This document shows positions 1 through 14,341 of a stretch of DNA of 64,000 nt, one piece after another. A program made the translations under genes and the position numbers. The DNA is from Dimorphilus gyrociliatus (lineage: Eukaryota; Animalia; Annelida): contig CAJFCJ010000027.1 of assembly GCA_904063045.1 (NCBI GenBank), positions 598,882 through 662,881 of the forward strand. The letters run 5' to 3'. The notes below the pieces were generated by a model. The model made no database searches and had not been told where the DNA came from. It worked only from the letters and a program-made list of their open reading frames with translations. Each line of letters starts with the position of its first letter. Positions within the stretch are counted from its first letter, which is position 1.

Positions 1-3000
1 TAAATCAAGAGAAATTGCAATTAAGATGAAGACTTTGCACGCAAATTCGCAAGATATTCAAGAAGCAATTTATAATATGGATTTTACTAAAATTGATATG
101 GAATGGTAAAATACTAAGAAAATATTCTAACTATTTCTTCTTTATTTAAATAAATAAATAAATAAACAATAGTGACATTCTATTCCATACACACAGCATA
201 AACGACCTATTTCGTCTTTACTTGAAAGCATGCGAAGAAGGTGACCTAGCGAGGATTTCAGAACATCTCGAACAAAATCCAGAAACTCCTTTAGACGAAC
301 CTGAAATATTTCTATTAGAGCTATCCAAGTTAAATGACTGTCCCGATAGGCTTAATTGTATCATGCTTAAGAAGGAGGTTGGTGAGAAAATCTTCGATAT
401 TGGTAAGTAACTTTTTTTTATTTTTTCACATACGTATTCCTGTCTATTCATTCCTTATAATTAATTGAAAAGATAGGGGATTGAAGAATAGGTTAAAGCC
501 GGCGACCTATTTACGGAAAATGACCCTTCAATTCAAAGGATTCTATAATTATATTATGATTTATTTTAGTATAGAACCAAAATTTTAACGTTTATTTTAT
601 TAGTATAAAATAACCAATACAACCAAAAATCTTCGGAAAGAAAAAGGAAAACAACAACAAAAATATCATCAGAATATTCTTTCCCTAAAATTGACCTTGA
701 CTTTTCATAACTCAATTACATTGTAAACTTTTCCCTTAAAATACTCTTCATGTAGGGAATTTACATGATTATTATCGGAAAATTTGTAATAAGAAAACAA
801 AATTTATCAATAAACAGATCAACAACTCGACAGCCTGGAAACTGCTATAAATGAATTGAAAAGAAAGTATGCTAAAGATTTTCTTTTTTTAACAAGTTTG
901 CGTGATAAATGGGTTTCTTTTGTATACCATCCACTATCACGTGACTGATGTTGTTTACCTAAACCATAGCGTGCGGAGGCTTTATAGTAGAATTATTGTT
1001 TAAACTTGACGTTTAGAGTGAGAAACATAACAGCAAGAGTGGGAAAAAATTAGCAATTGTAGTTTTTATTAAGGGAAAAAGTTCAATTATTTGCAAAAAA
1101 AAAATAGAAGCAAATTGACAGCAATTTTAAAAAAATAGCGGAGAATTTAATAGAGAGAATGAATTTTTGTCAATTCACTATTAGTAATTATTATTGTATT
1201 GAACGCGGTTATTTTTTTTTGTATAGATGTTCTTTTTATATATCAACTAATATAAAAAAAACAGCTATTAAATAACAACCAATTTTTTTCTAGCTTGAAT
1301 TTGACAAATTCATTCAAACAGAAAATATTTTTTAGGACAAAAGATTAGATTACTGTTTATATTTCTCTCTGTCTCTCTGTCTCTCTCTCTCTCTCTCTCA
1401 TTCACCAACTCTATCTGTCTATCTGTATATCTCTTTTCTCTTTTATTCCCTATAGATATATGCTATATCTATATAAATTATCACAAATAATTAAATATCT
1501 ATATTAGTTTCTCTATATAATCAGAAAAAGAAAACATATTAAATTCAATGCTATATTTTAACGGTAGATGGAGCCTTTACGCATAAAAAAAATCACATTT
1601 ATGATCCACGCTAATGGTGTTTTCCTGGATCGATGATATAATAATGTCTTTGCCTACAGCGATTGTCTTGGCGAAATTCTACAATATACGCTAGCATTAG
1701 GAAATTATATGAATGGAACTACTCAGAGGGGTCAAGCCGATGGCTTTGATCTTCATATTTTAACCAAATTAACCGATGTGAAATCTTTTGATAAACAAAC
1801 TAATCTTCTTCAATTCATATGCCATTTGATATGTAAAAACGAAGAGGGAACGGGAACCAGCCGGGCCATTTATAGACTACCAAAGCATGAAACAATGCAA
1901 CAAGCATCAAAGCTTTCTCCTTCAGCAATAAAAACTGAACTGGATTGTCTTAACTGTAAAATTCGACAAAACATAATAAAAGTAAGGGAAATTGTTGAAA
2001 ATTCAAATAGAACGGAACCTTTTCAAACAGTAATGGAAATATTTTTTGATAATGCTCAAAATATGATTGAACACCAAATGGAAAGGGTTGGTCAAGTTTC
2101 TGAAGCCTATCAACAATATCTTATCTATCTTGGGGCGGAGAATAGCGAAAGATACAGTACGTTCTAACAATATTTAGAAACAAATAGATATTCTAATGTA
2201 TACAGTATATTGTATATCTTGTATATATCTATGTATTAATTTTAATTAAAAACAGCAAATGTATAGTAAATATAACTATTTTTAGAATCCACAGAGTCTT
2301 TTTTCAATATATGGGAGAGATTTTTTATATCCTTCCATTCTTGTTGGCAAAAAGAGCAAAAACTCGCTGCTAGATTGAAATTTGAGGCAATGGAGGAGAA
2401 GAGGAGGCAAAGAGTCAAACAACATCGCAGACAATCGATAACTACTGATTCAAATATTGGTTTAAAGAGTCGAATGCAAGAGAGAAGAAGAAATCAAAAG
2501 GAAAAACAGTTATCTTATTTTACGAGGAGTCAATCGGTTTGTAACTTATTGGGGGATGTAGGACCAAACATTTTTCCGAGTTCTTCCACTGAATCTACAT
2601 ATAACGAAGAAGAGAACGAAGTAAAACTAGAGAATATAACTAGATCTCGTAGAAGATTTTCCGTAGATGTTTCTAATGGAACTGAGATTAGACTAAAGAA
2701 TTCTGCCATTGATATTCCAAAAGAAGATGAAACAATTACCGAACAAAGAAAACCTCTTTACAATAATCTTTTGACAAGTCAAAAGTGTTCAGATGATAGT
2801 AATAATAATAATCATTGCAAAAATAATCCCATTAATAGCCATTGTTCTAATAAATCAATGGAAATGAAAGAGGTCAAAATGGAATCTCGATCTAGATTTA
2901 GGAGAAGATTTCAAGATGATTTCAACAGCTCTGATCATTTTATTCAAAAGAGAAATTTTAGACAGCAATTGTTAGAAAAGAAAAAAGATAAAGAATCATC

Positions 3001-3004
3001 CTGA
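1..3004 (+). CDS. capu: Formin, FMN/cappuccino subfamily (FH2 domain plus long C-terminal tail), 5'-truncated by window
   Basis: Exons <1-105, 197-402, 818-866, 1660-2156 and 2286-3004 splice in frame with GT-AG introns. The translation has the FH2 motifs SREIAIKMK, LDEPEIFLLEL, LALGNYMNGTTQRGQADGFDLHILTKLTDVKS and ESFFNIWERF..W.KE. GQADGF and YRLP..ETMQQAS are typical of FMN1/2/Capu. Confidence 0.9.
1364..1399. repeat. (CT)n / (CTGT) microsatellite in formin intron
   Basis: Direct reading: tctctctgtctctctgtctctctctctctctctctc. Confidence 0.85.
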
Positions 3005-3789
3005 AGGCATTCAGAAAAGATGGAAACAAGTCAAAAAGCTAGGAGGTAAGATAAACAGGAAGAGAGGAAAATTAGAAAAAAGAAAGAGAGATAGAGATCC
3101 CGAGAGAAATATAGAGTGAACGAAAGAAATAAGCCTTACAATTTAGTGTAATAGTAATACTTTCATTCCTAAATTATTTATTGTTATTTGAATACAAACT
3201 ACAATTGTATAAGGACAGCTAATTTTTCAATTAAAACAATAAACAACACTCTCTCTCTACCTTGAGAAAATACAACAAACAATACTATTAATCATTAATT
3301 TTATAAATTAGCTATCATCAAATGATAAGGATAATGATAATAGCATAATTTATAGACTAAAAATTACTCTTATTAGTTGAGAATATTGGGGTCAATTTAT
3401 TATTATTCTAATTAGTACAATACATAAACATATAATATATACCTATATAAGACAGTATATATTGGTATGTACTAGAAGTTTCTTTCCGTCCTGCTCTTCC
3501 TAATCTACTTAAGGCTTATAAACCCCTTAAGAAATAAGATACTTGAAAAATTATAGATATTTATCTTCCCTCTAACCATATTTCTTGTGTTTTAGCATGT
3601 AAAAGCTAAAGGGGCATAGTTTTTTTTATTCTAGATTACAGATTATTTATTCGTTATTGTAGGTTGTCCCTGTTTCGATATTAAATAAAAAAGAATATAT
3701 AGCATTAGTGTATAAATGAAAAAACAAATGATAATAAGCGAAATAGTATATATAAACAAATTATTAGGAATATATACAATATATATTAG

Positions 3790-3813
3790 TATATATATAT
3801 ATATATATATATA
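3790..3813. repeat. (TA)n microsatellite
   Basis: About 12 TA units read directly. Confidence 0.9.
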
Positions 3814-5514
3814 AATTGTTAATCTATAGGTAATCGATAAAAATAAATTATATGCTTGTTTTTAACTGTCTCATAATTCAGCACGAATAATGTTCAGATA
3901 ATTATGCCAACTACGAAAATTACTATCATTATGAAGATACGCGTACGTGCGAACTCATATTTTTGCTTATTTGTTATCATTTGAATATAAGATTTTCTTT
4001 ATTCGTATAAACATACATACTAATACACTTTATATAGATATTCATATATATATATATATATATTTTTTGTATCTATATAGACTTTTCATAAAAGTGTATA
4101 AATTATATAGTTATACAATGATGTGGGTTGGAAGGAAAAGGAAACATATACGACGGAGATAAGAGAAAAAGGAAAAAGGTATAGAGATGATGAGAAGAGA
4201 AAGTTATCTTCCAAGAAATCTAATATTATCAAAAAAGAATGATGTAAAAGTATTCTTTTAGCATTTTATTAATTAATTCATTTATCTAATTTATGCTAAA
4301 AGGATATTTCGTATGCCAAATAACGCCTTTGAATTAAGCGTATATTGTAATTTTCTAATTACATCGAAAGATGGCGCCGTCGAGTTTAAGATATATTTCA
4401 ATCCAACTTCAATCGTCTGGAAAAAAACTGGCCTACACAGTAATACTGTTGGCCGTGTATCGGCCATTTTTAAATCGTTTTTATCTCACGACACCATATC
4501 GACTGATAGCAAGATGCGATAAGGAAAGAAGCCAGAAAAAAAGGAGTATAATTTAGTAAACAGAGAGGAATACTGGTAAGTAGATCGATTATTGTTCTTT
4601 TGCTTTTTCCTACGGAAACAAAATATATTGAAAACCTTCTTTTATGATAAATTTTTCTCTCTGTATTTTTTGTTCTTTCCTTTTTTTCTTTCCTGTAAAA
4701 GAAAGAAACAATAGGGACGTCATTTATTGAAAAAAAATAATGAAATTTCTAAGTAATTTATTATGTCCTTATGAAATATTTTAGATATTCAATGTTTACT
4801 TAAAATTCGTATTCCTATTTTAAAGTATGTTATATACGAGATATATAATATATCAGCTATATATTCAAATATGTACTTCTAAGTGTAGCTTGTACAATAG
4901 AATTTCTTATACAGAATATACTGTATGCTTATGATTTGTTTGTTTATTTAAATAAATACAAACAATAGTTGTCAACAAATAACTGCCGTTATTTGGTACA
5001 TTAGGGTTAACTTTTTATGTACGATTTTTACGCTTTTGATTATGGTATACTGTATATATATAGTTTATATATGAGTTCTATACTTATATCTATACAGTAT
5101 ATACTAATATATATTACATTTTATCACATATCATTTCATATTTATGTTATGTCATATTGTATTTAAATAAATATGCTTACTATTCTATAAACCCATTATA
5201 CAAGAATCTACGAGAGATTTATGAAGCGTTTCTAGTCATAAGGAATGTCTTAGATAATGATAAAAGTGTAAAATATGGAAAAGTAGATCACTTTTAATCA
5301 TTTTCTACACCTTTTTCATATGTAACGTCATATATAGTTTAGAGATTTCACAGTTGCCTAATCTAGATCATATTTAGTAGGATACTGTCTACAAATGGGT
5401 ACTGCTAAAATTTATTATTACAATCATGCATGCATAACAACTATGGAGCATAGTATAAAAAAGATTATAAATGAAAACCAGGTGTTCACACTTCCGACTT
5501 AGAGAGCACCAAAA

Positions 5515-8500
5515 ATGACATCCTGCATTAAACCGTCCGGATTTTCCAAGCTTGGAAATATGATAAATCAGGCAGTACGTTCACCAAAATTTCGAAGGAG
5601 AACAAATAGTGAGAAGGACGACCATCAGGAAAGCGGTGAGCAAGACTCGATTCAATGGCATTTCTCGCAGGTGAAAGGAAGCGGAGACGTTGACGTTACT
5701 GAAGGTAAAATAACAAATTATTATACTTATTACTTTCTCTAGTTAAGTAAGCTTTACGATACGTATATAAATAATTTAAAATAAGAGCAATTACTATAAA
5801 GTACCAGCGCAAACTTTTACTATGAATCTCTTTCAGCTGTATGTTTTTTATTTTTATGTTAAAAACGGTCTTTCATTGAATTATTATTCACAAAGTCTTT
5901 CAATTTAATATTGGATAGTAAAGATGAGAAGATCAGATAGACTCTATAAATATATGCGCTGTTAGCTGTCAAAAGAGAGGAGTCAAGCTTTTCTTTCTAC
6001 ATAGTGCTATCTGTCTCGTCTCTCTGTTTTTTTCCCTCTTTTTCTGTCTCTCACTTACAAAATCTCTCTGTCATTCTCACCGTGTCTCTCTCTCTCTCTC
6101 TCTTAGTCTATCTTCTCGTTTTTTTTTATTCTCTCTCAATAATTTTAATATTTCTTATTATTTAAAATATAAATCAGTCAATCAGAAATAAATTACAAGT
6201 TAAACAGTGTTGTTTCTTATCAGAGATCTAAGATACCACAAAGGTAGATAGTAAAAATTAAAAATAAACTATCTTATGATTTGCTCTAGATATATTCCTA
6301 ATAATCACTTACAAATGGTCAATAATAAACGTTTATATTAAACCTACAAGTAGAATGTCAAGAGGCGCAATGTACGCCCTACTTAAGCGTAGACATACAT
6401 AAAAATAGCTAATATTTACAGTATTGCGTCATCGTACGATTTTTAGATTATTAAATTTGTACTTATTATTCTCTTTTCTATTTTTCATACATTAAACAGC
6501 CTTTTTTCAATCAAATATTAATTTAAACAACTATATAGTAGATAAACTAATATATATTTATAGATATTTATATATACATTCAATAATCAATTATCAATTA
6601 TTAGTATCTGCTATTAAAAATTCTAAAGGCTTGATTTTTATTTCTTAGAGGATATTATATCTTCTGTACGCTTCGACAAGACTGGCGAATTTCTCGCTAC
6701 TGGTGATAAAGGAGGCCGTGTTGTTGTATTTAAAAGAATACCGAACGCTCAGAATCCCTGCTACGATCTCTACTCAACCTTTCTTAGTCATGAAAGGGAA
6801 TTCGATTATTTAAAAAGCGTTGAAATTGACGAGAAAATCAACTGTATTAAGTGGTTACCCCATGTTAACAGCAGTAGATTTTTACTCTCTGCAAATGATA
6901 AAACAATAAAATTATGGAAATTATCTGAAAAAGATAAAAAATATTGCGAAAGCGACAAGAAGATATCTACAGATTTAAAGTTGCCTAAATCGTCTAAGGT
7001 GCCACGTTACGTTGAGGCGTCATCAAAAAGATTATACGAAAATGGACATTCTTTCAACATTAATTCCATGGCAGTTAATAACGATCAGCAAACATTCTTA
7101 TCGTCCGATGATTTGAGGATAAATTTATGGAATTTAGAGGTGACATGCGAGACGTTTAGTATCCTTTTTTCTTGTATAAAAAACAGAAAAATTCCAACTC
7201 ATCAAACCATTTCTCATCTTTTTTATAACTCTTTTCTTTTTCTCTTCCTACCTCTCTTTTTCTCTTTGTGCTCTCTTTTATTTTTAATCCCCCCTTTCAG
7301 CCTATTAGAACAAATTGAAATCGTGAAAAAAACCATTGAGTGTACGAAACGTCGATTAGAGAGAAAAAAGGAAAACTAAGTGGGGAAAGAAAGAAAGAGG
7401 GAGGGAGTTGAGAGTGAGAATAGAGGGAAAACAAAGAGGAAGAGAAAGAGATTATCATTATAAATCATATCCGTGATTATATGGTACACGTGCTAGTTCA
7501 TGCCTAAAAAAACATGGTCGTACGATTCGGTCATAATAGCAAAACTTTGTCATTGTCATCGTTGTAACAGCACGTAATAGTTATACTTTTTTATTACTAA
7601 ACATGCTATCTAAGAATATTCACAAAGGTTTAGTTAAAAGGCCTATCTTGAAATATTAAACAACAGAGAGAATAATCTAAAAACCATTTAACAATCCACT
7701 CATCTGAGATCGGAAAACTTGATAATAGGAATCTAATAAGACCGTAAACAAATTGGTTGTCCACCAATTGATGGTGAAAGAAACTGGGACTTATCTGTTA
7801 AGAGAATAGGACAAAAAAAGGCGTCCATTATTAATAAAGCTATTCAGAAACAATTTTCATCTTTTTTTTCAGGTTTTTATCATTTTATTCATCTTTTATT
7901 TATTTGCATGTAAAAATTTAAGAGAACCAAAAAGCAAAAACTCTAATAATTTTTCTCATATTAAGATTTAATTATAAATAAGGAAAATTTCGTTGTATTC
8001 TATTTTTAGACTTTTAACATACTTCTTTTAGATTATAAGAAGAAACGTAATAGTTAAACAATTATAAGTAAACAATATATATAAAATTTATATTTATTAT
8101 ATTAAAAAATATGAATAATTGATAATTTTTCCTTCCTAACGCCATCTATTGATTGTGTGTGAAGGATGAGAGCCTAAGAACCTTCAAAGACAACATGATT
8201 CTTATTATTTTCCAACGTATCAATAGTTTTTAAGTTACAAAAAAACAATGTAAAAAAATCTATAATTTCAACTTAATTTTGTCCAGGGTCTCACTAGACG
8301 TCAATAAATAGGCCAAAAACAAATTTGTCCATTGTTTGCTTATATATATATACTGTATATTATAAAGGAAAGAGAGAAGGGCAAATGGGTTATATATAGT
8401 ATTTTATATATAAATATTTTATATGCAACAAACTTAATGTACAATTGTAATATTTCACTTAGCCTCATACATTGTTTATTTTTACTATTTACTTTTTTAT

Positions 8501-10967
8501 TTTAGTTACGTTTGATACAAAATATGATAAAAACTAGGCTTAAGGATAACAAAGGCATCCTATGCATCTGTTTTTCTTTTAGAAAATAATAGATCATAAA
8601 GAGATAAGGATAAAATATTTCAACTATTACTGCTTCTATAGTTTTCGCCTTGTTTTTTTTATGCTTCTAAAAGTGTGAAGAGATTTTCACCTTTTCCTCT
8701 TTTGCCCTTAGTTTTTCTTCCAAGTTGAAAGTTTTGGAAGTAATAGAATAAGATTTCAATTTTTTTTCTTCTTTTCTTAAGGGTTACACGTCAGAGTAAT
8801 AGAAACTTAAATAGCTATTAATGTTTATTTTCTTTATCTGGATTGACATTCAACACTGGTATACGTAAAAGTATTTTAACGTGCATATTATTGGCATTTA
8901 GGTCAATGTTTTAGATCTTACAGGAACAATGTCTCTATAAAAAACCAAGTTGTAAATAGATCCTGTTTATACATAGATTTGTATAGGCAATAATGTACAT
9001 ATATATACATTTGTCTTTTGTTTCACATTTTTTTTCCTCTTTTATTATATACACAATAACATAGTTAGACATCTAATAAGATAGAATAAAGCCAAAAAGA
9101 AGGAGAGGGACAAAAACAGAGAGAACTTTAACAAAGCTAGAATAAATAAACACGGGTGATTTAAGAATATCTCTTGTTTTTCTTCTTTGACAATATACAG
9201 ATTAAACTAGAGATTACACCATAAAATTTTATGTTCATACGTTGAGAACTATGTTATTCGTTATATATTTTATATAATAGATGAAAAGGGATGTTAAAAA
9301 GTAGCTAGACAAGGAGATGAGAATAATTATAATAACAAAAGAAAAAGGGAATATAAATTTTTTTTCTCTCTCGACATTTGACGATATCTAATTAATTTAT
9401 TGATAGAAAAACACGGAATATTGTCAATGGTAATTTTCGAGAGCTTATTAAATAGTATTATAAACTAAGATAAATAATCTACTCCTTATTTTTACATTAT
9501 TTCTCTTTGAAGAGAACAAGATGATTATAGGAAAATAACAGTTACAAAGTATAACAAAAATAGACAAGAAAATAATATTCGTTCTCCATCAAATAGACAA
9601 GATTTTTTTAGGTAAAATTTGCTTCATAATCTCTTTTAAATGTGTCACTAAAAAAGAAGAAGATAGAAAGAAATTGTACATACTTTCCTCCTTCCTCCCA
9701 CTCTCGCCCCCTAATCTAAAAGTTACCTAAATATAAGAGTAATATTTCTTATATCTTCCTCTTTGTACAACTACTAAGAAAATTATTATTTTTTATAGTA
9801 TTGTAGATGGCGCAAACAATCAAATCGTAATATTTTTATATTATTTCATTTATTGTATATTATGTTTCTTTCCTCTTTTATCTAATTATTAAGTTTCTTC
9901 TTTAGCAATTACTGAAAGAAAACAAAAAAAAATTGTATAAAGAATGATGTGAATAAATATTTCGTATATGAATCATCTTTGATAGATTACATGTTTAATT
10001 TAAATTAGTAATAATTGATAAAGAAAGAGAGAGAGAGAGAGAGACAGAGAAAGAGAAAATGAAGGAATGAATGAGAGAGTGAAGATATATTTATAAAGAA
10101 ATTATAATTCAAGAAGAAATTATTAAGCAAAGATATATTTTCATTATTCTTCTTTCCTTAACTCGTCATCTTTCTAGATTTAATTGACTTGAAGCCAGAC
10201 AATATTGAAGACTTGACGGAAGTCATAACAAGTTTAGATTTCCACCCGAAAAATTCTTATTCATTCCTTTATGCTACTAGTCGCGGAGCTATTAGACTTT
10301 GCGATCTAAGGCAAAATTCCGTGTGCGACAACGTGGTTAAAGGTATTTTACATATTAAATATATCTAATTTATTAATTAATTAGTTAATTAATTGGTTTA
10401 ATTAAATATATAACAAAAAAAAGTAAATTATTTAATTTTGTAGCTTTCGAAGAGGATAAAACTGGAAAAGAGAGTTTTTTTAATGAGATAACATCTTCAA
10501 TATCGGATGTAAAATTCTTACCAAATGGCGACTTGTTTATGACTCGTGATTATCTATATTTAAAAGTCTGGGATACTAGAAAAGAAGATAAGCCTATTCA
10601 AATCTTCAACGTTCATGATCCCATCAGAACAAAATTATGTGTACTATACGAGAATGAATGCATTTTTGATAAATTTACTTGTACTTCGGATTCAACAGGA
10701 CAATATTTATTAAGTGGATCGTATAATAATCTATTTAAAGTATTCGATCGGTACAATAAAACGGATGTCATGTTTGAAGCGACTAATGCTCATCAACAAT
10801 TGAGGCCTAAGAAGCTTATTAGCTCACAAAAAGTTAAAAAGAATGAAATGAATGTTGAGAATTTAAATTTTAAAAAGAAAATATTACAAGCAGATTGGAA
10901 TATGACTGAAAATGTGGTTGCTATTGCTGCAGTTAATAACTTGTTCTTTTTTCGAAGCAAAAGCTAG
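5515..10967 (+). CDS. PPP2R2: Protein phosphatase 2A regulatory subunit B55/PR55 (WD40), divergent
   Basis: Exons 5515-5704, 6649-7158, 10178-10342 and 10444-10967. Motifs QWHFSQVKG, LATGDKGGRVV, EFDYLKSVEIDEKIN, NDKTIKLWK, SDDLRINLW, IDLKPDNIEDLTEVIT, MTRDYL, KLCVLYENECIFDKF and GSYNN match B55. Confidence 0.95.
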
Positions 10968-11688
10968 TCGTTCAATATATATATATATTCAATTGTTATC
11001 ATTTACATTGTTCAAAAATCTTCTCTAAATAAATACACTGACATAATTGAATAAACTCTTGTTAATCCTTCCTTTATTTTCCTTCTTTTCCTGTTATTTT
11101 TTACTATTTATTTTTCATACCATTCCCCTTTCAGTTAATACAACTAGATCAGCGTAGACTATCTGTCTCCATTTTAACGAAAGCGTTTATACGTTTATTT
11201 ATATTCAATTAATTCTCTTTTTATTACAATTTGCTAGGAATTACTATTCTTAACATTAGAAATAACCGGAAAGGAATTACCAGATTAAGAAATAAATATA
11301 TTACTATTAATAAGAACTGTTAAACTAGCAATAAATTATGGGAATTTTTTTTCAGATCATACCATTTATGACGAAAAATTAATTATTAGTCATAAATTAA
11401 AGAAATTCAAATTCTTTATTTATACAATTAATTAAGCAATCAATTACTCGTTTCTCCCTCTTTTTCTCTCTCGCTCGCTCGCTAGCTGTATCTTTCCACG
11501 TCTCATTCACTCACTCTCCTCTTATTTTCCTGTGTCATAACCGAATTTTTCAATAAAAAAGGCAGGTGTAAAAAAAAATATAAACAATCTTTTTCAGGAT
11601 AATAAAGTTTTGAATCATTGAAAAACAAAACAAAATAATAATTTTCTAATTATAAGATTTAAATAGAAAATTAAATAACAAAGTTTTT

Positions 11689-12165
11689 CTATACTAGATG
11701 AAGCTTCCTGTAATCTGAATATTCAAGTTGAGCGTTCGTTGATTTCTCACTTTCGTTCTTCGTTAACCACCATATAACAAGGTCCTTAGACGTTAATTGC
11801 TGATCTTTTAATGATCTTAATACTTCTAAAACTGATTTTTCATTACCATCTAATTTATAGATTTGGTGAGGAGTGTCGACATCCGTTTCGTCTTTCTTCT
11901 TTACGGTAGTAAATATTTTAACAGTAATATTACCAGATAAGAATTGATTAGAATTTTTTATTGGAATTTCATCTTGAAAACCCTTCAATTTTCGCTCATT
12001 TCTATAAAGTTTAAACTTATTATTGTTCTTTGGCAGTAGACCTTTAGTTAATGTTTCTCTGGCTGTTAAAATCCTTTTAGTTCGATAATCCGAGAATACT
12101 TCTCTCCTCTTCATATCTTTAGTAATATATCGAGTAGTGATTTTTTTATAATTAGAACACAACTT
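11689..12165 (-). CDS. Putative terminal exon of an unrecognised (orphan) Lys-rich protein
   Basis: About 158 open codons in very AT-rich DNA, preceded by an acceptor-like ttttttatgtAG (12167-12166) in phase 0. No domain recognised and upstream exons not resolved. Confidence 0.35.
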   Translation of the reverse strand, partial: KLCSNYKKITTRYITKDMKRREVFSDYRTKRILTARETLTKGLLPKNNNKFKLYRNERKLKGFQDEIPIKNSNQFLSGNITVKIFTTVKKKDETDVDTPHQIYKLDGNEKSVLEVLRSLKDQQLTSKDLVIWWLTKNESEKSTNAQLEYSDYRKLHLV

Positions 12166-14341
12166 CTACATAAAAAATACAGAGCACTTGAATTACTTCA
12201 GGTTTGTTTACGAAAGAGATAATGCCGCTGAATATATAAACGCAGTATTCGCAGTCACATAATCAATCGCATTATCGAATCAGCAGTGAATTTATATCAG
12301 CATAAAAAAGAATTCAAATCTAGCCTCTCTACATGAAAATTTATAGTTATCGCCGTTTGAAAATAATCCTCTGATTATATAAACTATACAATCTAAATAA
12401 TTTAGTATTCAATCTCAGAATGATTAAAATTTCATAAAATTTTTCACTTTAGATTCTTTATATCGATTTATCGAAAGCTTATTCACTCGCTCACTCATTT
12501 TTCTTCCTTTCTCTCACTCTCTCCTTCCTACTACTTAATTCAATCCCACCCCAAACCAACACACTCTCTCCCCACCTCTTCTTTATTTTCTTTTCAGCTA
12601 TTTAGTATTTAACCTCTAGTTCAATCTTTTCCACTCGATATGAATATCAAGTTTTTCCCCCCTTTAGGATTTTTACATTCTACTTATTTGGTATATTCTA
12701 TAGAATTTGTTTATAATTCCAAAGAAATATCACTTTTGATCCTATACTAATTAATTACCTTCTCTTTTACCATAACTATAAAAAGTACAGTAATGTATAA
12801 TATATGAAAAGAGTTACTGGCAAGTTATCAGAAAACACAAAGTAAGGTTATTTAATGAATTTTCTGTTTTTAAACAGCTCTTCTTGGCATAGACCACTCC
12901 TATTTTTTTGTTTAATCTCCAACTGGAAGATTTTCTCATATACACAACCTGGTCAGTAAGGAGAGAGAGAGAAAGAGAGAAAGAACAATTTAGACATATC
13001 GGTATAGGTGAAAAAATTTGGGTGAGAAAAGTCTGAATGGTCAATCATAAACTTTTCTTTTGAAAGAACTCTATTGTATACAAATATTTCACTTTTTTTT
13101 ATCCTATTCTCTTTGGCCTTTTGAACAAATGATAAAACTCAAATATTGAACTTAAGAGAATGATTCAATTATATCCTAACTATATAATCTACATTTGTTT
13201 AGCTAGATTATTCGTAGACTTATCAAATACAGTCAAATAATCATTTAGTAATCACTCTATAAATGTGTTTATATAAACTACACATATATCATATAAAAGG
13301 GAAAAACGAATTTATCAAATCTATTCATGTATCTACCATTCTCACATTCAACGTCAATGTCAAATAACGATATCATTATGACCTTTAAAAAAGGTTATAT
13401 TTAATTTATTTAGATATCTAATAGCATTTAATAGATATCTTTTTGTACATATTCAAAATTATAATCAATAAAAACCTAAAAAAGCTACATATAGTAATCT
13501 TTTAAAGAAAAGAACAACAGATATCTCTATTAGTGTTTGTTTTATAGCTAAAACACATCTTTATACAATACAGCCAACTTATATTTTCAGTACATTAATA
13601 CAATTAAAAGTAACTACTGTAGAATTATTATTAAAATAATTAATACAATAGATCATTATAATATATAGTTTAATGTATTCTAGAGTTTTTGCCTCCTCTA
13701 TTGTTCTTTTTACGCCTATCTTCCAGTTAATCTTTTGTCGGAAATTAATATTCGATTTATTAGTTTCCTTCTATTTTAAATATAATAATAGATATGGTTA
13801 ATATATATATTATTACTCTCTTATTTAACTATTATTTAGAGCCTACTACATTTTATATAACATTTGCCATTGATTTCTGTTTGAATAAGAAAATAATTGA
13901 TAAAGTAGCACATCCTTTGTAATACCTTAATTCAATTAATTTTCATTGCACAATGTTGAAAAATCTTACTTCTCCCTATCTATAAATCTATATACAATCT
14001 AAGATCATAATTTGAAATTTATATAATGTTATACATTATTTATTTAAATAACTGTCATTATATTACATGGAACGCAATTATAATAAAAAGTTGTTGTTGT
14101 TTTTCTTTTGGTTATATAATCAAGAGCATGCTGAGGCTAAAAGGAGTACTAAAAGAAACAAATTATTTTTTTTCTTTTTCTTTTTTTTTTAAAAAAAAAA
14201 CCAATAATGCTTTTTTCCGCTGATTTTTTTTCCCAATTTTTCTGTCTCACACTGCACAAAAAAATATGTTATAAACTAGAAATAAAAATGTGTTAAAAGT
14301 TTGTCTTTCTTTTCTTTTAGCTTGGTTAAATTTATATTTGT

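Noticed and set aside
3947-4556. Short ORFs 3947-4162, 4313-4522 and 4371-4556
   Set aside because: Low-complexity or microsatellite-derived, no motifs; likely UTR or promoter DNA.
5515-5640. N-terminal extension of B55 (MTSCIKPSGFSKLGNMINQAV) as a novel or mitochondrial targeting peptide
   Set aside because: It resembles the recalled N-terminus of the long Drosophila twins isoform (SITKIGNMLN), so it is probably a conserved protostome feature.
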